A DNA stretch of 34,001 nucleotides from Trypethelium eluteriae (lineage: Eukaryota), in NCBI GenBank assembly GCA_051942245.1, contig JAVECL010000238.1, forward strand, positions 1 through 34,001. The letters are read 5' to 3'. The position numbers were made by a program, and so were the translations under genes. The notes beneath the pieces were generated by a model. That model did no database searches and was not told the origin of the DNA. It worked only from the letters and a program-made list of their open reading frames with translations. Of this stretch, positions 11,801-21,915 are shown in pieces; positions within the stretch are counted from its first letter, which is position 1; each line of letters opens with the position of its first letter.

Positions 11801-13696
11801 TCTTCATCCGGCTCTCCCAGCGGTGAAAGACGAGGTTCCAGTCAGCAAGCAGTTGTTGATACTCGACGAAAAAGCTTAGGTATCAATCTCTCTCCTTCGC
11901 CGGATACTGGTACACCTGAGAACGAACCATCTTCGGTGGCTTCGGACGGCATAGCTGGACCTGATGAGCATCGACATGCTGTGCGTCATAAGGGAAGCGC
12001 TGTTGACCTTATGCAGCGGGGACAGTCAAACAATAAGGCCAATGCCGAAATCAGCACCTCATCTGCTAATGCATTTGGCAAAGTTGATGGAAACTATAAT
12101 AAGGATGGAGCTTACCAGTCACCTCTGGCCTTGGCACAAGACCAAAGTAAACGAAAGCCATCTGCTATTCGATTTCAGAACGCGCATACTTATGATGGGA
12201 ATGATCCAAGTATCTTGAAGTTGCTCGACACTCTCTACCTTGAGAATTATCCAGTTGATGCGGTTGAGTTTGGTCCCATTATTCAGCCTCTCAGCCGACG
12301 TCAAACAATTAGGCGCAGTAATGGGCAGGCCTCTGCAACGCCTTGGCGACCTGAAGGCATCTTAGTGGCCACGTTCAGCGAGCATACCGCTCCGGTCACA
12401 CGTGTAGTCGTCGCACCAGATCATGCCTTCTTTCTCACTGGATCTGACGATGGCTCTGTAAAGGTATGGGATTCTGCCCGCTTGGAACGTAACATTGCGC
12501 ATCGTTCCCGACAAACACACCGTCACCCCCCAGGAACCCAAATCTCCAGTCTAGCTTTTGTCGAAAATACCCACTGCTTCATCAGCACCAGTACCGACGG
12601 TAGCGTCAATGTTGTCAAAGTCGACTACATCGAATCTAATGCCTCCAGCCGCTATGGCAAGCTGCGCGTCCTCCGTGAATGGCAGCTCCCGGACAACGAG
12701 TACGCCACTTGGTCCGAACACTTCAAATCCGAAAACCAGTCCATCCTGATCCTCTGCACGAACCTCTGCCGCGTCGTCGCCATCGATCTGCGCACCATGA
12801 GCACCCTCTACGAATTCGCAAACCCGGTCCAGCACGGCACACCCAACTGCTTCTGTCTCGACAAGCGCCATCACTGGCTCCTCCTCGGCACCTCCCACGG
12901 CATTCTCGACCTATGGGACCTGCGCTTCCGTCTGCGCGTCCGAGGCTGGGGATTCGCCGGAGCCTCGAAGATCCACCGCATCGTCGTCCACCCCGTCCGC
13001 AGCACGCGCAAGAAGAAGGTGTGCATCGCTGGGGGCACAGGGCAGGGAGAGGTCACCGTCTGGGATCTGGAGAAGTTCGTCTGTCAGGAGGTCTACCGCA
13101 CGGCGGGGAGCAAGGAGACCTTGCGCGGCTTCGATGTCTGGAAGATCGAGGAGGAGAAGCCGGAGGGGATGCTGGCGCGGTTTGCGGTCGTTGGGGGAGG
13201 AGCGGACCCAAGCGTCGCCGCGGTGGACCGCGGCGTCCGCGCAATTGCGACCGGTGTCCATGTACCGGAGGATGGCAGCGAACCGAGGCATGGGTTCTTT
13301 GTATCTGCAGGCCCCGACTGGAAAGTAAGGTTCTGGGATATGGACCGTGTCCAAGCGTCGAAGGTTGTGAGTGGCTTGGATGTTGACGAGGGCCAGCCCA
13401 CTTTCGAGCAGAGCGAGGTAAATCAGGATACCTCAATGGTTTTCGAGAAAGCGAATTCGGGAGGCGGGAGACCTTCGGGGCCGGGTAGAGCTGGCTCAAG
13501 CAACAGAGTGCCGTCAAATTCATCGGCAAAGAGGACGAGTTCGGGTAGCAAAGGGAGAACGGGTATCGTCAGCGTACAGCAACAGAAGTTGTTGCACAGT
13601 CACTTGGACACTGTGATGGATGTGGCTTTGTTGGAATACCCCTATGGGATGATTATCTCAGTGGACAGGTCGGGAGTCATTTATGTATTCCAGTAA
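8887..13696 (+). CDS. VPS15: Vps15 / PIK3R4, regulatory kinase-like subunit of class III PI3K (kinase domain, HEAT repeats, WD40); two exons, ~1583 aa
   Basis: N-terminal myristoylation-type MGQGYS; kinase motifs HGDIKTEN, TDFSSSFKP, CYLAPERF; WD40 C-terminus. Exons 8887-10275 and 10334-13696. Intron 10276-10333 (GTTAGT..CTAAC..CAG) joins the two ORFs in frame (…SVTQL|LDIVTVASPVNVNVFPEYLMP…). Confidence 0.96.
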
Positions 13697-14133
13697 TCTA
13701 CAAGACAATGCACTCCGATTTGGAAGACTGAATTCATCCGCAGTTTCTTCTTGATGGGGTAGTCTCACGTTAGATAACTGCCGTTCAATAATCTCATATA
13801 TTCTCCTAAACCAGTCTATATGAGACCAATGTTCCTGCTCAAGCCCCAAAGTCTCGATCTCTTGAGTAGGAAACTTTGCTATCTTAAAGCGTAAAAAATT
13901 AGTTGATATAGTCACCTCCCACCACTCCGAGGGGAAACCATTGATTTCGCCGACGCCACTTGATTCCCTACCTACCTAGGTAAACCCTAAAAATTTTACA
14001 CATATTCGCGAACCCACCACTAACGCCTATTACCTTCAAGAAGACTTCTGAGCATCACTTGCGAGTGCTTGGCTCCTAGTCAACGTGCATCTCGGCGACG
14101 AAACGTTGTTGGTGGTGTTGAAAGCGTACCAAA

Positions 14134-15123
14134 ATGAGGCTCAATGCCGACTCAATCCACAACTCTCTTTCCTACCTCAACCCGCTCAAAGAGCGCGAAC
14201 TCGATCTACGAGGTGCGTATAAACTGAAAAGAGCAGATGCTACACTTTGAGCGAACACTGTTGATATCAACCTTTTTGGCCAATCGCAGGACATAAACTA
14301 CCCGCGATTGAAAACCTAGGAGTCGCAAAGGTACGTGAACGTTACCTTCGAGGCCGACATCTGCTGGCGACTGATGTTTGATCATCGCATTGTAGGACCA
14401 CGATGCCTTCGACTTCACCGACAACGACATTTCACAGCTCTCCAACTTTCCTCTCTCGCCTCGAGTACACACGCTCCTCTGCGCACGGAATCGCATAACG
14501 ACGATACAACCCTCCTTACCTCAAAGCATACCTAACCTAAGCACGCTCGTGCTCACCGCGAACCAGATCTCCGAACTAGCAGATCTCGACCCTTTGGCCG
14601 GATTTCCAAGACTGACGGCATTGGTTCTGATGGAAAATCCAGTCTCTCGGAAAGAGGTAGGGCCCTTCGCCAGTATGCCGGTACGAAATCGAAAAGGTAC
14701 TAATGTAGCTTTGCTGCAGAATTACCGGTACTGGGTCATTTGGCGGTGCCCTTCAGTACGCCTCCTTGACTTTCAGCGCGTGCGTGAAGGAGAGCGGGAG
14801 AAAGCAACAGAACTATTTGGCACGGCGTCAGAGCCGTCGGCTCTTGCATCTAAGGTGAGTGGGCCTATCATAGTAGTCTAGGCGAAAATGCTATGAGGCT
14901 GTACTAATTTTGGCAATTTCTCTAGATCCTCTCAGTCAAGTCTCGAACATTCGACATCCATGACTCTGGTCAGGCAAACGGGACAATGCAGTCGAAGTCG
15001 AATAGAGTCGACTTGAACGAGGCAGAAAAGAAGCGGGTTCGCGAGGCAATCAGGAATGCAAAGAGCTTACAAGAGATGCGCCGGTTGGAGAAGGAGCTGA
15101 ACGAAGGACGGGTGCCAAGCTGA
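14134..15123 (+). CDS. LEA1: U2 snRNP A' (Lea1), LRR splicing factor; five exons, 237 aa
   Basis: Exons 14134-14212, 14290-14330, 14396-14656, 14720-14854 and 14926-15123, all bounded by GT..AG. Translation: MRLNADSIHNSLSYLNPLKERELDLRGHKLPAIENLGVAKDHDAFDFTDNDI…NYRYWVIWRCPSVRLLDFQRV…IRNAKSLQEMRRLEKELNEGRVPS, which is typical U2A'. Confidence 0.95.
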
Positions 15124-15897
15124 ATAGGGCCACTGAATTCAATTATGTATTCCCGTCGTCGAAGTCTTTCGTTCACGGAGCTCTGGAGTCAAGGACCTTT
15201 GCGAGACGGTTCTGTAGTACACGGCTAAATTTCATGGATGCAGATCCACAGTCTTCTGGCTGAGATATTCAGAGACAACGGTTATCTTCCCATAATCTAC
15301 GAGAGCTTGCACCGACATTTATGTACTCCACTGGGGATGATATCACCCTTTCAGATCGGAGTTCTAGCAAGAGAAGACATATCGTATTTAGAGACCTTCA
15401 CAAAGATAGTCTTCTCTTTGCAGATGCAACGGCTGGCTTCTTCGACAAACGCTCAGCATCTTTGGGGGAATTCGTACGACGGTTCCCAGGGCTTCAGCAT
15501 CTGCACAGAGGGCGAAAATCTCTGCCAGACTTGTGGAGCGCACGCTGATGACTTGATTTTCTCTCGATGTTGACTGTCTGCCAGAAATTGTGGCCTTCAG
15601 AATGCCTCTCTTCGAGGTTGAATCGCTCACAATATACCTAATCTGGTGCCTACCGAATGCAGGCCTAGCGTATAGAAAAGCACGTGTGAGCGCGGCGGTT
15701 TGGCGTGGAGCAAAACACACAGGTACCTACTAGGTAAGGCTTAGCGTCACGCGGACGCAGATCCGTTTGTCGCGTCGCTACCAATCATTACCACGTCCTT
15801 CACTCAATCATAAAAGTAGCTCTCTAGCGTACAGTCTCCGTCCACTGCTTATAGGTCCCACTTTCCACTCTTGTAGTTCTTGGGCCATCCAGCAACG

Positions 15898-18897
15898 ATG
15901 CCTCGCGCAAAACTCAAGCGCAATGCCGACACAATCGATTTGACGGGCGATAGCGATGATCCAAATGAATTGCGCCCAACACAAAATCCGCAGCATATGA
16001 AGACTCCGCGGGTTTCGGAGGGCAGTACTGCTTCGACTGCCGCCGAAGACTACCTTGATGATGATGACGAGGCTGAGACCGATGGTTTCATACAATCCCA
16101 AGAAGCCCTAAATCAAGCCTTTACCAACTATGTGCCTTACGGTAACAATAATAATAACCTTGCATCATCCATTATTTTACTAATCTTTAGATAGGTACTC
16201 TGAGAAGTAAGATAGTTGGTGTCAGATATTACACTGGCTATGCCACTATCGGCGAAATGGTCCTCTTGAAACGAGAACCACATAACCCCGTAGGACAAGC
16301 TACTCTTAATCATATGCCGTAGCCAACGAGTGTTGCATTCTAACCAGGACATAGTACGATAGCAATGCTATTCAAGTGCAGAATGTCCACGAAACTCAGA
16401 TTGGACATATCCCACGGACGGTCGCTGCTGAACTAGCAAAGTATATGGTAAGGATCTAGCAAATCAAGCGATGGATCTCCAGTCGACTGATTGTCATTGT
16501 AGGACTCGCAAGATCTTTTCATCGAGGGCACCGTGACTGGCCATAAGGGAGAATTCGATTGTCCGCTAGACCTCAGATTGTATGGAACTTCAGATCCGCT
16601 CGAGCAGATTCGTCTTAAAGAGCGCATGCAATCTGATCGGCTCCCACTCGAAGATTATCGGCAAAGAGAGAAAGCTGAGAAACAAAGGAATAAGGAACTC
16701 CTTGCAGCCCAGAAGAAGGCCCGTAGCAACAAAAAGATACCAAAGCCAAACAATCCGGCGGAGTTTGCAGGCAATCAAGCCGGCGGTCTGGAACCGGACC
16801 CAACTATTGAAGACATTGTTGATGAAAGCGAACGCTTCAACCCAAGAAACGTCGAACAATTTGTCGAAAAGTTTGGCGCTGCCGAAGAGGTACTTGCTAG
16901 TATGCCAATGGCAGATCAACCTAGGGATCTTCAATCGCATCTCTTGCCTTTCCAACGCCAAGGTCTGAAATGGCTTCTTGACAAGGAATCACCCAGCGTT
17001 CCGGCCGCCGGATCCAAAGATGTGGTCCAGCTTTGGAAACGCGATTCGAAAAATCAGTCTTTATTTACAAATGTTGCCACCCATTTCACGGTCAGAGAGG
17101 CGCCTGCGCTTGCGAGTGGAGGTATCCTTGCGGATGATATGGGACTTGGCAAAACTGTGCAGATAATAGCACTTATAATCGCGGACCGAGCAATGAGGAG
17201 CTCGATCAGCGCTAGGACTGGACCGACATTGATCATCTCTCCGCTCACTGTCATGAGTAATTGGACGGGACAGATGGAGCATCACATGTCCAAGAACAAA
17301 CCTTTGAGAGTACTCGTCCACCATGGTCCCTCTCGGATCAAAAGTGCAAAGGACATCCAGGACGTCGATGTTGTAGTTACGACCTATGGCACGGTGACCA
17401 CGGACCATTTTGGCAAATCGTCCAAGAAGGGTTCGTCATTCGGACTCTCCTCTATCGAGTGGCGGCGTATCGTTCTTGATGAGGGCCATGAAATTCGTAA
17501 TCCGAGCTCCAAAAAGGCAGCTGCTGTTTCTGCGCTCAACGCCGCGTCTCGCTGGGTATTGACGGGTATGTCATAGTAACGGATTTGCTGGCAACGCACT
17601 TACTACATGCTAATCGCTCTTTTCAGGGACGCCCATCGTGAATACCCTTAAGGATCTTTATTCCATTGCCAGGTTCCTTCAACTCTCGGGCGGTCTGGAT
17701 CGCTACGAATTATTCAATCAAGCCATCATCCGACCCGTCAACCAAGGCGACGAAAATGCCAGCGTCATACTACAGCTTCTCATGAACAGTATCTGTCTTC
17801 GACGCAAGAAAGAGATGCCTTTTATCGACCTGAAACTCCCTCCCCTCTCTGAATACGTCCATCGCATCACCTTCGAACCCCATGAGCAGGAAAGATACGA
17901 CGCGCTCGCCCACGAAGCCAAAGGCACCCTCGACCAATACAAGACCCGCCGCGGCACCAGCGGCAAGGGCGCCAACGCCACCTATCAGCACCTCCTCGAA
18001 ATCCTGCTCCGCCTCCGGCAAATGTGCAACCACTGGAAACTCTGCGGCCAGCGCCTGACGAACCTCATGACCGCTATCGAGACATCCGGCACAGTCGACC
18101 TAACCCCCGAAAACCGGCGCACCCTGCAGGACCTGCTGCAGCTCAGCATCTCAGCGCAAGAGGACTGCCCCGTGTGCCTGGAGACGCTGTCGCAGCCCGT
18201 CATCACCGCGTGCGCGCACGTCTTCTGCAGCGCCTGCATCGAGCGCGTCATCGAGACGCAGCACCGCTGTCCGATGTGCCGGGCTGAGTTGGAAGGGACG
18301 GAGGCGCTGGTGCAGCCGGCGAGGGAGCTGGGTGAGGAGGCGCCGATGGAGGAGCCGGTTGATGAGTCGATGAGTAGTAAGGTCGAGGCCATGTTGCATA
18401 TCCTTAAGGCGTCGCATCAGAAGGCCGGGCCGAAGGTCGTCGTGTTTTCGCAGTGGACGAGCTTTCTCGATATCGTGCAGTATCATCTCGGCTTGCATGG
18501 GTATCAGTATACGAGGCTGGATGGGTCGATGTCGGTGCGGGCGCGTGATGTGGCGCTGCGCAGGTTCGATGAGGATGAGCATTGTACTATCTTGCTCGCG
18601 TCGCTGGCCGTGTGTAGTGTGGGGTTGAACCTTGTCGCGGCGAATACGGTCGTTCTGTCTGATTCGTGGTGGTCGCCAGCATTGGAGGATCAAGCGGTGG
18701 ATCGAGTGCATCGGCTGGGGCAGAAGAGACCGACGACGGTGTTCAGACTGGTGATGGAGGGCAGTATAGAGGACCGTGTGATCAAGATTCAGCAGGATAA
18801 GCGCAAGTTGATGATGTTGGCATTTGCGGAGAAGGCAGGAAAGAGGATGAATAGCAAGGCGGCGAGATTGGCAGATGTCGAAAAACTTCTCGGTTAA
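15898..18897 (+). CDS. HIRAN-SNF2-RING helicase / ubiquitin ligase (HLTF / Rad5-Rad16 subfamily); five exons, ~921 aa
   Basis: Exons 15898-16141, 16195-16289, 16355-16447, 16503-17565 and 17627-18897. HIRAN: KIVGVRYY…REPHNPYDSNAIQV…QIGHIPR. Walker A GGILADDMGLGKT, LDEGH and spliced LTGTPIVN. RING CPVC…CAHVFCSAC…CPMC. Helicase C-terminal motifs FSQWT, GLNL, QAVDRVHRLGQ. Confidence 0.93.
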
Positions 18898-19351
18898 GGA
18901 TTTCCTCCGTGCTCGGGAAAAGGTGCAATGGCGAAGATGGTCGGGGTGTGCTTCAAGATTTGCTTCTGAGCGAGTTGTTGTTGGACCTGGAGGGTAAGAT
19001 GGCTTCCTGACTATTTAAGAGAAGCTTTGTAATAATATAGGAGTCCTAGACTTGAGGGGTCGAGGATACGAGAGAGCTGCATAAATCGCTTCAATGGGAT
19101 AGAATTAGACGTGACTAGCTCATGGAGTCGAACGAACAATCTTTGAGCAAATCACTCAACGAAGAGAGTGCGTGCTCACACACAAGAAAACGAAAGCGAT
19201 CGATCGAACATGTTCGTGACTTGGGCATGTTCCTCTCATAACCAAAAGCGCATTCCATGCGTCCATTCTCCCGCTCCACTCAATCTCCCACGTCAATCCC
19301 GCGACTGAATAACGCTGCGAAATTGTTAGCAGGCATCATAGAAGTAGTGTG

Positions 19352-19972
19352 TCAGTTCCTCGCACAGAAATTCTCCTCGAGATAAAGTTCCAAATTATCG
19401 ATGGCATTATCCAAAGCACGGAGCGGATTGAGAATGTCTTCATTGCCGGTGATTCTCTGCATTCGCCAGACTTCATCCCCAATGTTCTCGAGGAAGAGTT
19501 CGAGCCCCAATGAAGAATCAAACAAAGACGTGTAAGGTATGTCTTTACCCCTTATGCCCTCGATTCCTGAGTAGACACCTCGCCGAATGAAACGCAAGCC
19601 TCTTCTGGTCCATCGACACTCCATCTCGAGGAGTCCCAGATAGTTGTCAAGATCTTGTTCTGCCAAGAATCGGAGCTCCTCGTACGCTTCAGGCCTTAGA
19701 TGACGGGCAAGCTGATAGGTAAGTAGGGCGGAAGAGTGAAATGGACAGATGTCGTCGCTTTGGAAAGGCCCATGATCGCCTGAACGACATGAGGTCAGCC
19801 AGAGGCACTACAAGAAGAAAAACTGGGGATGGAGAGCACCTCGCAAGACAATTACGGAATCATCCGAAAGATTGTCATCATCTGTTTCATTGTCCATCAC
19901 AGGGATTCCTTGCATAACACCATCTAGGGAGAAGATGCATTTGCAGAAGTATTGAATGTACCAATTAGGCAT
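19352..19972 (-). CDS. Small orphan protein (186 aa), two exons, function unknown
   Basis: ATG at 19972; exon 19972-19840; 60-nt intron 19839-19780 (GTGCTC..GCTGAC..CAG); exon 19779-19352 in frame with the 104-aa track ORF. Protein: MPNWYIQYFCKCIFS…GDHGPFQSDDICPFH…LAEQDLDNYLG…FCARN*. Confidence 0.6.
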
Positions 19973-20276
19973 GACTCATCCGTAATGATTACGACGCCGC
20001 TATGGGTACGGTCAACGAAAATGTTCTGAAAATATGAAGGTTGGAAGCAAGCAAGTGCCTATAAGCCACAGAGAACACCGCACCAGCAATGAAGAATTGA
20101 AGGGAAACAGCGAGGCAGCAGGATCGAAACTGCCACCTTGTAAGCTTGCTCGGTATCTAAAGCCGTTCTTTCCTGACATTATCTGAAAGCACACCAACAA
20201 GGGACTGAGTTTCTTAAGATAAGACTGCAAAGAACTTCGCAGACCAACTGTAGGGGATTTTCAGGGGAGAAAGTGA

Positions 20277-21560
20277 GGGAGAATATATGCAGTGTAAGAC
20301 GTTGCTGCTACTACTGTCCGTCGCCTGGTCAAACACAGCAAACTCACGGTTGACGCGTACTCCTCGAATCTCTGGAAAAAATCTCAATATTACGTATGTC
20401 TTGCGCAGTTTATAGGTAATTGCAGCGTGCCCAAAGAGGGTTTCGTTAGATTACCATCGAAGATACGCCCAGCCTTGGAGACTAGCGAAAGTACAGTCCT
20501 TTAGATCCCTGTGTATTCCGCAGTGCTTAACACTCCGGTCTAGGCTTCCCGCATGGTAGCGGAAGCGGGAATGAGAATGCAAGAAAACCAAGACGGTAAG
20601 GATGAGACTGTGTCCTTGTCAGTCGAGATGATGCTGATGTTGCATGTGATGTGTGAGAAGGCAATCCTATTGTTAGCAAATCGGCAATGCTATCACGTGA
20701 ATACGAGTGAGGTTCGTGAATTGGCCACGTGATATCCTCGCCTCCATAACTTAATCTACAAGCTTTCACCACCCAATTTACAACATCAGATGCACACTAG
20801 AGTAAGCATTTGAGAGCGGTCTTTGACGTGACTGCGAATCCACCGGCGACTGTTTTGTGGAGAAGTGAGCGGTTACATATTACCACCTCGGTAGCCGCAC
20901 AACAAACTGTCAAAAAGAGACACGGTTGACGTCCTGAACTCTCGACCGCAATAGCAGCGCGTGCAGCGGTAGTGATTGACCGATGGACTTTAATGATTAC
21001 TTTTCTAGACCGCCGTATGGCCTCGAATATCGACGTAAGGACTCTAGCCGTTATCTCTGGCTTTATCTCCTTGCATACCTTGAACTATGAGAAGTCCCTG
21101 GGAACATGGAAACTTCTGGAACGAAACTACAAGCTCAACGTCCACGGCCCTGGAAGGCAAAGATCTAGTTCGAGGCACCTCGTACTCTAGCCGTCAAATC
21201 TACAGCTTAACACCTAAGCTTTGTGCTTACCAACGGCACGCTTGCTCACTCAGGAGGTGTGTGGGCTTACTGGGGACTCCCTAGGGCCAACTATGAGTTC
21301 AGTAGACAAATTCGTTATTGAGCTCGAAGGTTCGATTCTGCCAAGAGAACAGTCCGCTGTAGATTAAATTGATACTCCTTGGATTATGTCCCAATAGCTG
21401 CGGCGTCGTGGAATGTGGGAAATTAAGGCTGATGAAATTTACAGAAGTCAAGACTTCGAGGAAGCGCTCTCTATTCTCGACACAAGGTTCACGTAGAGGT
21501 GCGCACGTATATGTGGAAATTTGAGCGGGCTTGGGGCTCACTTGGGTTGGCTTAGGCTGT
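20277..21560 (+). pseudogene. Possible decayed gene relic (two stop-interrupted reading segments)
   Basis: Frame 20277-20810 has four stops (TAA 20295, TAG 20502, TAG 20541, TGA 20730) and ends at a GTAAGC donor-like site at 20802. Frame 20972-21560 is interrupted only by TAG/TAA (21188, 21215, 21365, 21395, 21494). The text is protein-like (EVRELAT*YPRLHNLIYKL; MWEIKADEIYRSQDFEEALSILD). Statistical support is weak. Confidence 0.3.
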
Positions 21561-21915
21561 AGGATTATGTTGCAAAAGCTTTAAATAGCTCACTCATCAC
21601 TCAGTCCCGAGCTGAAGTTTGAAAGGTGGAAGTCGTTTGTCAGATGTGGGTGTTTCAGCTACTCCAGCAGAGCGCTGGGTTGAACCCTATCCTCTCTAGC
21701 TCTTAAGAGCCCTGATCTCAACCAACTCTTTCACAGGGAATCTTACTTTTCCCAAGTACAGAAAAAAAAAAAAATTGCAAAATTGCGGAGCTCAAGCTCA
21801 GACGCAAAGCGAAACACTAGACCCGTGGTATTATGATACACAGACACCAGCAAGAAACTCCGAGAACAAATCATGACAAGAAGCTCGTCCATCGCGTTGC
21901 GCTGAACCCTTCTAA

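Noticed and set aside
12551..13529. Numerous long alternative-frame and antisense ORFs in the VPS15 3' region (also at 17718-18711 and 32398-33249)
   Set aside because: By-product of the local GC3 peak, which removes stop codons in other frames; the translations are Arg/Pro/Gly-rich with no motifs.
15238..15720. ORFs of 75-111 aa between LEA1 and the helicase
   Set aside because: No consistent frame, splice model or motif on either strand.
19197..19216. Overlapping palindromes CGATCGATCG and CGAACATGTTCG
   Set aside because: Short and isolated, in a convergent 3' region, with no supporting context.
20693..20731. Two CACGTG E-boxes
   Set aside because: Not clearly in a promoter and possibly inside a gene relic; chance occurrence is plausible.
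21762..21774. A13 tract as a possible retroposon tail
   Set aside because: No target-site duplication or SINE/LINE body; more simply a U-tract in the 3'UTR of the Thr-rich gene.
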